DNA of 63,391 bases, the filler included, from Babesia bigemina (Eukaryota), in assembly GCF_000981445.1 (NCBI RefSeq). It is 8 parts of 8 records of this genome, joined end to end, with 100 filler letters (N's around TTAATTAATTAA, not from the genome) between each part and the next. Parts side by side here need not be neighbours in the genome. Positions count along the whole stretch, not along the records: positions 1 to 16,204 come from NW_012237219.1; 7 more parts are not named here. One strand, written 5' to 3'. The translations under genes were made by a program, and so were the position numbers. The notes beneath the pieces were generated by a model. It did no database searches. It was not told the origin of the DNA and was given only the letters and a program-made list of their open reading frames with translations. Within the stretch, counting starts at the first letter, position 1. Every line of letters begins with the position of its first letter. Below, piece after piece: positions 1 through 9,372 of the stretch.

Positions 1-1699
1 ATCCACTCTACATCGCCCTCTAATCCACTCCACATCGCTCCTTAACCCACTCTACATCGCCCCTTATCCACTCCACATCGCCCCTTTATCCACTCTACAT
101 CGCTCCCTAATCCACTCTACATCGCCCCTTATCCACTCCACATCGCCCCTTTATCCACTCTACATCGCTCCCTAACCCACCCTTCATCGCCCCTTAACCC
201 ACTCTACATCGCCCCTTAACCCACCCTTCATCGCCCCTTTATCCACTCTACATCGCTCCCTAACCCACTCTACATCGCCCCTTTATCCACTCTACATCGC
301 CCCTTTATCCACTCTACATCGCTCCCTAACCCACTCTACATCGCCCCTTTATCCACTCTACACCGCCCCTTAATCCACTCTACATCGCCCCTTTATCCAC
401 CCTACATCGCCCCTTAATCCACTCCACATCGCCCCTTTACCCACTCTACATCGCTCCCTTAACCCACTCTACATCGCTCCCTAACCCACTCCACATCGCT
501 CCCTAACCCACTCTACATCGCACCTTAACCCACTCTACATCGCGCTTTTATCCACTCTACATCGCCCCTTAACCCACTCCACATCGCTCCTTTATCCACT
601 CTACATCGCCCCTTATCCACTCTTCATCGCCCCTTAACCCACTCTACATCGCCCCTTAACCCACTCTACATCGCTCCCTAACCCACTCTACATCGCCCCT
701 TTATCCACTCTACATCGCCCCTTACCCACTCTACATCGCTCCTTTACCCACTCCACATCGCTCCCTAACCCACTCTGCATCGCCCCTTAACCCACTCTCC
801 ATCGCCCCTTAATCCACTCTACATCGCCCCTTAACCCACTCCACATCGCTCCTTTATCCACTCTACATCGCTCCTTTATCCACTCTACATCGCTCCCTAA
901 TCCACTCTACATCGCTCCTTAACCCACTCTACATCGCTTCTTATCCACTCCACATCGCTCCCTTATCCACTCTACATCGCCCCTTAACCCACTCCACATC
1001 GCTCCTCTATCCACTCTACGTCGCCCCTTAACCCACTCTACATCGCTTCCTTATCCACTCTACATCGCTCCTTTACCCACTCTACATCGCTCCTTTACCC
1101 ACTCTACATCGCCCCTTTATCCACTCCACATCGCCCCTTTATCCACTCCACATCGCCCCTTAACCCACTCTACATCGCTCCTTACTCCACTCCACATCAC
1201 CCCTTTATCCACTCTACATCGCCCCTTAACACACTCCACATCGCTCCCTAATCCACTCTACATCGCTCCTCTATCCACTCTACATCGCTCCTCTATCCAC
1301 CCTTCATCGCCCCTTAACCCACTCTACATCGCCTTTTTACCCACTCTACATCGCTCCCTAATCCACTCTACATCGCTCCCTTATCCACTCTACATCGCTC
1401 CTTAACCCACTCTACATCGCTCCTTTACCCACTCTACATCGCCCCTTATCCACTCTACATCGCCCCTTAACCCACTCTACATCGCCCCTTTATCCACTCT
1501 ACATCGCTCCTTTATCCACTCTACATCGCTCCTTTATCCACTCCACATGGCTACCTAACCCACTCCACATCGCTCCTAATCCACTCTACATCGCCCCTTT
1601 ATCCACTCCACATGGCTACCTAACCCACTCCACATCGCCCCTTAACCCACTCCACATGGCTACCTAACCCACTCTACATCGCTCCTAATCCACTCTACA
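1..1699 (+). repeat. 22-bp minisatellite array (CCACTCTACATCGC + variable telomere-like octamer)
   Basis: Continuous 21-22-nt units such as ccactctacatcgc-tccctaac/cccttaac/ccctttat; abuts ves coding sequence at 1701. Confidence 0.97.
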
Positions 1700-1701
1700 G
1701 A

Positions 1702-4700
1702 GCCCTAAACGCTAAAATCGACAAACTTAAAGCCTATAAAAATGACTGTGCTAAGACCCATCACCTCCCTGAGGAGGAGAGGACAAAGGGATTGGCTGAA
1801 GTGGAGCAGCAGAGAGAAATTGTTAAGAAACTTGAAACTTTCAAAAATAGCTTAACTAGTGATGATAATAATATTTTAACGCCTTTATGTGACGGCCTCG
1901 AAACCTTCCTCGGCTTCAACTCTGAGACCAAAGGCTACACTGGCCAGGGGATTGTGTACTCTGACCTTGACAGGCTGTGTGACGGGGTGATGGGATTTTT
2001 GAGTGGTGTGCTTGGTGCGGTGAAAAACGAAAATGAAGTGACAACTTATGATCAATACATCAGTGGAGAGGATAATAGACTAAAAAAAGTACTTGACACT
2101 TTAAATAATAATATTGGCACCGGGCGTGCTGGGCTTGCGGAGTCTGTCGCGGAGGTGAAGGGGTGGTTGGAGGGGTATGAGAGGGAGGTGGAGGAGAAAA
2201 CGAAAGCAATGACTGATAAATTAGGTGGGTTAAAAGATGAGAAAATCGATGATCACGCGAAATTAATTAATAGTAATAATGCACTACCCGAACAGTTAAC
2301 TGTATGGGACTGGGTGCTTGGTAACATTACAACGGACCTACAAAACATTGAAAATGAAAACGTTAGTAAATTAGATAAATCTCTTAAGCAAAAAGTACAA
2401 AATAAAATGGAACCGATAAAAAAGTCCGTTCAGTTGTTGAAAAATTCCGCCAAACACGGTAAATTTGTGGAGCAGTCGGCGAAGGTGGAGAGCGAAGTAA
2501 AGAGGCAGAGAGATGAGCTTGTGAGAATTATTGAAAAAGAAAGTGAAAAGCTTGGAGCAACACTGGCATTGAATGAGCATAATGTTCTTACGACAATTAA
2601 TAGTGCGTATTCCGATTTGCAGAAAACCTTGAATGAAGAATTTCAAAAGATCAATAATAGCGTTAAACGTCTCAGAGACATACGATATGAACAATTCAAG
2701 CCTCTCAAAAAGGCAGTACAAATGGCGAAGAAAAACGCTAAAGATTACTACGAAAAATTCGACCAAAATTTCAAGGCACCATTTTTGGCGCATTTTGATA
2801 GAATTAAAGAGTTATTATGTTATGTCAGTATTAATGATTCAAACATTCGTGACCACGCGGATAAGTCTTGGCTTCGGTATGAAGTTGACAAAATTACTGA
2901 ACAATTGAAGGCGGTTGGTAGAACATTTAGCGGACATGTTCGACATCTGCAAGATAGGATAAAAGAAGCTGGGCAATTGTATACGCAGGCACATGAGAAA
3001 GCTGCTACTGCATTGAAAATGGTCAACGATGAAGATGTAGATGGCACGCAGCATATAAAGAAGATTAGAGATGCCGCCAGCGCTTTGCACAGTAAGACCG
3101 ATGAGCTTAAGAGCAGTTACAGGACAGCGAGATGGGGTGTTATGTCAGCCAAAAAAAAAGCTCAGGCTACGCTTAAAAGTTTAGATGAGCTTATTCAGAA
3201 GGATATGACAGAGTTGAAGGGAAAGATTGACGTTGCGATCAAGAGTTATGTTACGGATGTTGTTAATAAAGTGTTGACAGCAGCTAGTAAGGCTGACGGA
3301 TATTTTTGGGGACCCAGTGGGATTACTCCCTCCGTTGAAAACCTGAAGGATAGCCTTGCGACGGACTCTCCGCTGCTACATCAGTCGCTTCTGCAGATTA
3401 CAACGGTAAAAGAAAATGGCTTTGCTAAGGCATTGCAGAATGCATTATACGAATTTAAACAGGCCCGAGGTTTCGGCACGTTGCAGCAAGGTCCAGGTGA
3501 TTTCCGTGTCACATCCGCTATCGCCGGAGATATAAGTAGTGGCGTTGGCACTAAGGCTATGAATGAGTATCTTCAACTGACCGACAAGAAGTTCAAGCAC
3601 TCTGTGATGACGCATTACCAAGGTGAGGTTGGGGGCCACAACGGCGAAGGTAGTGGCAAAGCAAAACTTGAGTCAGAACTTGCTAACATTAATGTTGACG
3701 ACCTTAAGGTGACCGACGCAGCCACGTATGGAACACATAGGATCGACGATGAAATCTGCGGCCTTCACGATGCCGTCACAAGCGCCTTGCAAACATTTAC
3801 AGGCGCACTTCGTAATCAACTGGAAAATACAACCGACGGCGTTCTAGACAGGCTGGGAGAGCTAAATGGGAAGATTGGACAGGGAGCTTCGAATGGAACT
3901 GAATGCCTCGGTGGACTTCACAAGTTACTTGAAAAGGTGCATACCGATGAATTCAATGACAACGTTGGGGATATACAGAAAGCCATCAACGCAGCGATTT
4001 CAACCGTAAAGATGCTCGAGACGGTCCCCGGTGAAGTTGAGACAATGAAAGAGCAGGTAGTAAAGTTCATGGCAGATATAAAGCACCAGTTTTACACTCT
4101 CTATGGTAACATAAATGTCATTGAGCGTGACGTAGAAGAAGCCAGCGCAACCTTAAATAATACCATTCTTCAACTTTTACAAGCAGCACATGATGTCGAA
4201 GACACAACTGGTATAGCTGTGAAAAAAGTACAAGTTTCCCTCATTGACACCGTAGATCAAGCCTTCGGGGACACCACGAAATACGCCGACGCACTTCAGC
4301 AACATATCCTCGAGGCCACAGAAAAAGCACTCAAGTATGTAATATTTGATATCCGCTCTCTCTTCGCCGAAGGCCACAAAGCCGACCTGGCTGCGCTCAA
4401 GACGCTCGTCGACGGGCAGAAGGAGGAGATTGAGAAGATCATAAATCATGATAAAGCGAATAATATTAAGGGTCTGCTGCAAAAAATATACGGTGGCGTG
4501 TATCCGAATCCTCCAAGTCCTCCTAAACCCGATGTAAATAATTTGCTACATAAGCTGAAAAGTGCCCTACCCACTTCTCCGCCTGGCAAGGCAACTCCAG
4601 TTGACCTCAAGAAATTCCCAGAGGTAGCTATGGCATTTAATACGTATGCCGATGATATTCTTATGTACATCCAGGGCCAAGTCATGACTCCCGGATCTCC

Positions 4701-7260
4701 CAAGCAACCCACTGACCAGTCCACCAAGGTCGGTGACCTTAAAAATGCACTTGACTTCCTGCTTCGATTTATCGCTAATAATGACACTATCTATCACTTT
4801 GATGATTACTTTGTCAAACTACTTGATAATCTTAATTCCCAACTTACCTCCCTCTCTCCCTCCTTCTCCTCCCCCTCCCCCCTCCTCGCCCTCCTCAAGG
4901 CCGGCCTCTCCGCCTTCACGCAGCAACTCGGCCACGCGTACGTGAACAGGTATAGTGGGAGGAGGATGGGTGAGTTGGTTGAAAAGAAACAGTCATCTAC
5001 AGACCAAAAGGCTACCAAAAAGCAACTTCCTGACACCTCAACCGATAATTACGATTTAACCCCTGAGGGCCGCAACTGCGCCAAGGTCTGCCTGACGATA
5101 GTGGAGATGTTGACCAAAAATTTTGTGGAGTTGAAAGATGAATGTCAAGTCTACAAAAGTAAGCAAATTAACACGTATGATGATAATTTATTTGGCGAAT
5201 GTTTTACGAAACGTGGTTTCACGGTGACATCCGACAAGGGTAGGCAGCACGGCGAGTTACAAGACAAGAGTGACATGACCGGCGATGCAGTTTATAAGAA
5301 GATAACGGCAAAAGTTACAGGCGTCCAGATGTTAACTTTCCTAAAAACATGGAAAGAAGAACAACGCAGAAAACATCCTCACAGGCATCCAAATGGTAAC
5401 ATTCACCTCTTCGACGTTCTTGACTTCCTGCAAGGTTACGTCGTCACATATTACACAGTCCGTCACCTGGAACATATTCCATCAGCTAAAGCACCGCGTA
5501 ATATTTATCAAATGCTGCAATGGCTGAGCGGCGTTCGATATTATCCAAGTCTTATTCCCCTGTTCCTTTGCTTCAAGGATCTGTTTCCTAGACGTAAAGA
5601 AGACGAAGGAAAGGATATCAAGGCTATATCACCCGCTAGCGTAAAGCTCTCAGCAACAACTGAAATCACGTATGCGCACTTAGGAAGAAAAGTGTTTGTG
5701 AATGTCTGTTTACACGCCCATGATGTCTTGGTTGCCATCCTGGGTCACGGTCACGCAGGTGGGCGATACGCTGTCGATTTCAAAACCAACGAAGCAAAGT
5801 TGTTGTATCCTAGTAAGGCGAGTGACTGTTTTGATATGCTCGTAGACATTGCGTATCGCGTGCAACACCAGCTGTATTTCCTCTTCCAACAGTTTTACTT
5901 CGAATCATCGTACAGCTCATGGCGCGACTGCCTCTATGGCAGGGGAGTGGCCGGGTCATCGTGGAAGTGCAATACCAAGCAGTGCCCTAACCACGACTGC
6001 AACCAAACGGCTAGGCAAACGGCCAACCAAATGGGTAACCAAACGTGTGACCAACACTGTGACCAATATCCCATGTGCGACCTAAAATCACCTTTGCAGT
6101 CATTCTTGGAGGATGGCTTACAAGGCTTCTTACCACATCAATTTACCAAGCCGGGCTGCAAACTGGAATGCACGGCAGCCAATCACAAAGCTATTCCCTG
6201 TAAGACTCCCATGGGCTTCGGTGATATAAGTAATATGGCATCGCATACGCAGAAGGGTACGCATCTCAGAGATGTTTTAATAGATTTCTGCGGGAATTCT
6301 ACTGCTCCCCTTACACTGATGTGCGCTTATTTCAACTGCCTGTTACAGCGTCCTCCTCAGAATCTGGGTGATATGTTCGCGTTCTATTACAACCTAATGA
6401 AAGAGTGGAGTAAGAATGAGACGCATAAAAGAAAGGCATTTGACGAAGCTGTCAGGAAGGCCAATTTCGAAAATCGAGGTACAACGCTCGAACTGGATGA
6501 TGTCTTCAGTGCGCACAGTAACATTAGCAGCAACCACGCTGGGAGGCATCTGTCTAGCCTGGTGAACTGCGACGGTGATAGTGGATCAAATTGCGGCCGG
6601 TATTTGAAGCCCATCAGCACCGACGTATATACTATTTATTCATCGGAATATGCTGATAAGTATGTCTCATGGATCGTCTACCTCACTGAAACATTCTATG
6701 ACTTGCTTAAGAAATTATACGACGAATGTAACGGCAACTGCGGTCCGAAGGGATCCAACTGCCACAACAAATGCTGTGTCAAAGGGTGTCCATCCCTCGT
6801 AAAAGAGTCGAAAAATGTGACCCATGATGAAGGATGCACGTCCATTGTCCAGTGCAAGCATACACTTCCAACCTTGTGCAGATATGGATTCACGTTCTGG
6901 TACCAGACGAGGATCAACGGCGAACAAGGCATAGAAAAAAAACGTACCTGCAAGGATTTGTGCAACGTGCTAGAGAGAGTGCTGATTGACAAAGAAGCTG
7001 ACCAAGCTCCACTCGCTAAACTAATCTACGTCACAATTCCTAACTTCCTCTTCGAAATCCGCGCCCCCTTCATCTGGCTCAATGTCGCCCTCTGGCTCCT
7101 CTCTTTGTTGTACCTCCTCCACATCATGGTCATCCGCCTAGACCTGCTCCACATCAAATCGCATCTACATAGTCCCTCGAGTCATCGCATAGCTGCTCAA
7201 TCACTACTCTCCGCTGCACGTGTTAACAAGCTTAACAGAGTGTTTTACCTGCAACCATAA
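1702..7260 (+). CDS. ves1: VESA1-like variant erythrocyte surface antigen, tail type A, lacks native N-terminus (probable silent donor or terminal exon)
   Basis: Frame open from 1702 (ALNAKIDKLKAY). Motifs LCDGLETFLGF, GIVYSDLDRLCDGVMGFL, Cys-rich SPLQSFLEDGL region, TM, and tail HIKSHLHSPSSHRIAAQSLL..RVFYLQP. The track start at 1792 is TTG, not ATG. Confidence 0.88.
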   Translation, partial: ALNAKIDKLKAYKNDCAKTHHLPEEERTKGLAEVEQQREIVKKLETFKNSLTSDDNNILTPLCDGLETFLGFNSETKGYTGQGIVYSDLDRLCDGVMGFLSGVLGAVKNENEVTTYDQYISGEDNRLKKVLDTLNNNIGTGRAGLAESVAEVKGWLEGYEREVEEKTKAMTDKLGGLKDEKIDDHAKLINSNNALPEQLTVWDWVLGNITTDLQNIENENVSKLDKSLKQKVQNKMEPIKKSVQLLKNSAKHGKFVEQSAKVESEVKRQRDELVRIIEKESEKLGATLALNEHNVLTTINSAYSDLQKTLNEEFQKINNSVKRLRDIRYEQFKPLKKAVQMAKKNAKDYYEKFDQNFKAPFLAHFDRIKELLCYVSINDSNIRDHADKSWLRYEVDKITEQLKAVGRTFSGHVRHLQDRIKEAGQLYTQAHEKAATALKMVNDEDVDGTQHIKKIRDAASALHSKTDELKSSYRTARWGVMSAKKKAQATLKSLDELIQKDMTELKGKIDVAIKSYVTDVVNKVLTAASKADGYFWGPSGITPSVENLKDSLATDSPLLHQSLLQITTVKENGFAKALQNALYEFKQARGFGTLQQGPGDFRVTSAIAGDISSGVGTKAMNEYLQLTDKKFKHSVMTHYQGEVGGHNGEGSGKAKLESELANINVDDLKVTDAATYGTHRIDDEICGLHDAVTSALQTFTGALRNQLENTTDGVLDRLGELNGKIGQGASNGTECLGGLHKLLEKVHTDEFNDNVGDIQKAINAAISTVKMLETVPGEVETMKEQVVKFMADIKHQFYTLYGNINVIERDVEEASATLNNTILQLLQAAHDVEDTTGIAVKKVQVSLIDTVDQAFGDTTKYADALQQHILEATEKALKYVIFDIRSLFAEGHKADLAALKTLVDGQKEEIEKIINHDKANNIKGLLQKIYGGVYPNPPSPPKPDVNNLLHKLKSALPTSPPGKATPVDLKKFPEVAMAFNTYADDILMYIQGQVMTPGSPKQPTDQSTKVGDLKNALDFLLRFIANNDTIYHFDDYFVKLLDNLNSQLTSLSPSFSSPSPLLALLKAGLSAFTQQLGHAYVNRYSGRRMGELVEKKQSSTDQKATKKQLPDTSTDNYDLTPEGRNCAKVCLTIVEMLTKNFVELKDECQVYKSKQINTYDDNLFGECFTKRGFTVTSDKGRQHGELQDKSDMTGDAVYKKITAKVTGVQMLTFLKTWKEEQRRKHPHRHPNGNIHLFDVLDFLQGYVVTYYTVRHLEHIPSAKAPRNIYQMLQWLSGVRYYPSLIPLFLCFKDLFPRRKEDEGKDIKAISPASVKLSATTEITYAHLGRKVFVNVCLHAHDVLVAILGHGHAGGRYAVDFKTNEAKLLYPSKASDCFDMLVDIAYRVQHQLYFLFQQFYFESSYSSWRDCLYGRGVAGSSWKCNTKQCPNHDCNQTARQTANQMGNQTCDQHCDQYPMCDLKSPLQSFLEDGLQGFLPHQFTKPGCKLECTAANHKAIPCKTPMGFGDISNMASHTQKGTHLRDVLIDFCGNSTAPLTLMCAYFNCLLQRPPQNLGDMFAFYYNLMKEWSKNETHKRKAFDEAVRKANFENRGTTLELDDVFSAHSNISSNHAGRHLSSLVNCDGDSGSNCGRYLKPISTDVYTIYSSEYADKYVSWIVYLTETFYDLLKKLYDECNGNCGPKGSNCHNKCCVKGCPSLVKESKNVTHDEGCTSIVQCKHTLPTLCRYGFTFWYQTRINGEQGIEKKRTCKDLCNVLERVLIDKEADQAPLAKLIYVTIPNFLFEIRAPFIWLNVALWLLSLLYLLHIMVIRLDLLHIKSHLHSPSSHRIAAQSLLSAARVNKLNRVFYLQP

Positions 7261-7384
7261 TCGTACTCACGTGTTTACTACCTACACTCACCTAGCATCA
7301 CCTACTCACCTAACTTATGAATTGTGCTTTAATCTGTTGCATCACTCATTAATCATTGTATGTGATTGTGTAACAGTTAACTAA
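7261..7384 (+). promoter_or_regulatory. Conserved type-A 3' flank with TCACCTACTCACCTAA 16-mer (7298-7313)
   Basis: Near-identical copies follow every RVFYLQP stop (25595-25716, 27904-28028, 40278-40401, 63011-63131). Confidence 0.7.
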
Positions 7385-7604
7385 AGTGGTGACCAAGATG
7401 CTGCCCAAAGTGTTGACCAATGTTATGACCAAAGTGCTGACCAAGGTGCTGCCCAAAGTGTTGACCAAGGTGCTGACCAATGTGCTGACCAAGGTGCTGC
7501 CCAAAGTGTTGACCAATCTGCTGACCAATGTGCTGACCAATGCCATGACCAAGCACCTGACCAATGTGCTGACCAATGCCATGACCAAGCACCTGACCAA
7601 GGTG
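7385..7604 (+). repeat. 12-bp array (TGACCAAnGTGC type)
   Basis: tgaccaaggtgc/tgaccaatgtgc/tgaccaatgcca units. Confidence 0.93.
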
Positions 7605-7684
7605 ATGGTCACGGCAGCGATGACATGGTTACGGCAGCGATGGCATGGTCACGGCAGCGATGGCATGGTTACGGCAGCGATGAC
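7605..7684 (+). repeat. 20-bp array (ATGGTCACGGCAGCGATGAC), about 4 units
   Basis: Direct 20-nt periodicity. Confidence 0.92.
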
Positions 7685-7709
7685 AGTGGTGACTTAAGTT
7701 GCATTTATT

Positions 7710-9343
7710 ATCCACTCTACATCGCTCCTTTATCCACTCTACATCGCCCCTTAATCCACTCTACATCGCTCCCTAACCCACTCTACATCGCCCCTTTACC
7801 CACTCTACATCGCTCCTTTATCCACTCCACATCGCCCCTTTATCCACCCTTCATCGCCCCTTTACCCACTCTACATCGCTCCCTAACCCATTCTACATCG
7901 CTCCCTAACCCACCCTTCATCGCCCCTTTATCCACTCTACATCGCTCCCTAACCCACTCTACATCGCCCCTTAACCCACTCTACATCGCCCCTTACCCAC
8001 TCTACATCGCTCCTTATCCACTCCACATCGCCCCTTTATCCACTCCACATCGCCCCTTTATCCACTCTACATCGCCCCTTAACCCACTCTACATCGCTCC
8101 TTTACCCACTCTACATCGCCCCTTAACCCACTCTACATCGCCCCTTAACCCACTCTACATCGCTCCTTAACCCACTCTACATCGCCCCTTACCCACTCTA
8201 CATCGCCCCTTTACCCACTCTACATCGCTCCCTTATCCACTCTACATCGCCCCTTTATCCATCCTACATCGCTCCCTAATCCACTCTATATCGCCCCTTT
8301 ATCCACTCTACATCGCCCCTTAACCCACTCCACATCGCCCCTTTACCCACTCTACATCGCCCCTTTATCCACTCTACATCGCTCCTTATCCACTCTACAT
8401 CGCTCCCTAACCCACTCTACATCGCCCCTTTATCCATCCTACATCGCTCCCTAATCCACTCTACATCGCCCCTTTACCCACTCTACATCGCTTCCTTACC
8501 CACTCTACATCGCCCCTTTATCCACTCCACATCGCCCCTTTATCCACTCTACATCGCCCCTTAACCCACTCTACATCGCTCCCTAACCCACTCTTCATCG
8601 CTCCCTAACCCACTCCACATCGCCCCTTTATCCACTCCACATCGCTCCTTTATCCACTCCACATCGCTCCCTAACCCACTCCACATCGCCCCTTTATCCA
8701 CTCCACATCGCTCCCTAACCCACTCCACATCGCCCCTTTATCCACCCTACATCGCCCCTTTACCCACTCTACATCGCTCCTTTACCCACTCTACATCGCT
8801 CCCTAACCCACTCCACATCGCTCCTTAACCCACTCTACATCGCTCCTTAACCCACTCTACATCGCCCCTTAACCCACTCTACATCGCCCCTTTACCCACT
8901 CTACATCGCCCTTTTATCCGCTCTACATCGCTGCCTAATCCACTCTACGTCGCCCCTTTATCGACTCTACATCGCCCCTTACCCACTCCACATCGCCCCT
9001 TAACCCACCTTACATCGCTCCTTTATCCACTCTACATCGCTCCTTTATCCACTCCACATCGCTCCCTAACCCACTCTACATCGCCCCTTACCCACCCTAC
9101 ATCGCCCCTTCATCCACTCCACATCGCTCCCTAATCCACCTTACATCGCTCCTTAACCCACTCTACATCGCTCTTCTATCCACTCTACATCGCCCCTTTA
9201 CCCACTCCTCATCGCCCCTTAACCCACTCCACATCGCTCCCTAACCCACTCCACATCGCTCCCTAACCCACTCTACATCGCCCCTTTATCCACTCTACAT
9301 CGCTCCCTACTCCACTCCACACCGCCCCTAACCCACTCTACAT
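7710..9343 (+). repeat. 22-bp minisatellite array
   Basis: Same unit as 1-1699. Confidence 0.97.
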
Positions 9344-9372
9344 CCCTCGAATTACCTTGCCATAATACCGCT

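Noticed and set aside
1..1699. True telomere
   Set aside because: The telomere-like motif is embedded in a 22-bp unit that recurs internally in both orientations
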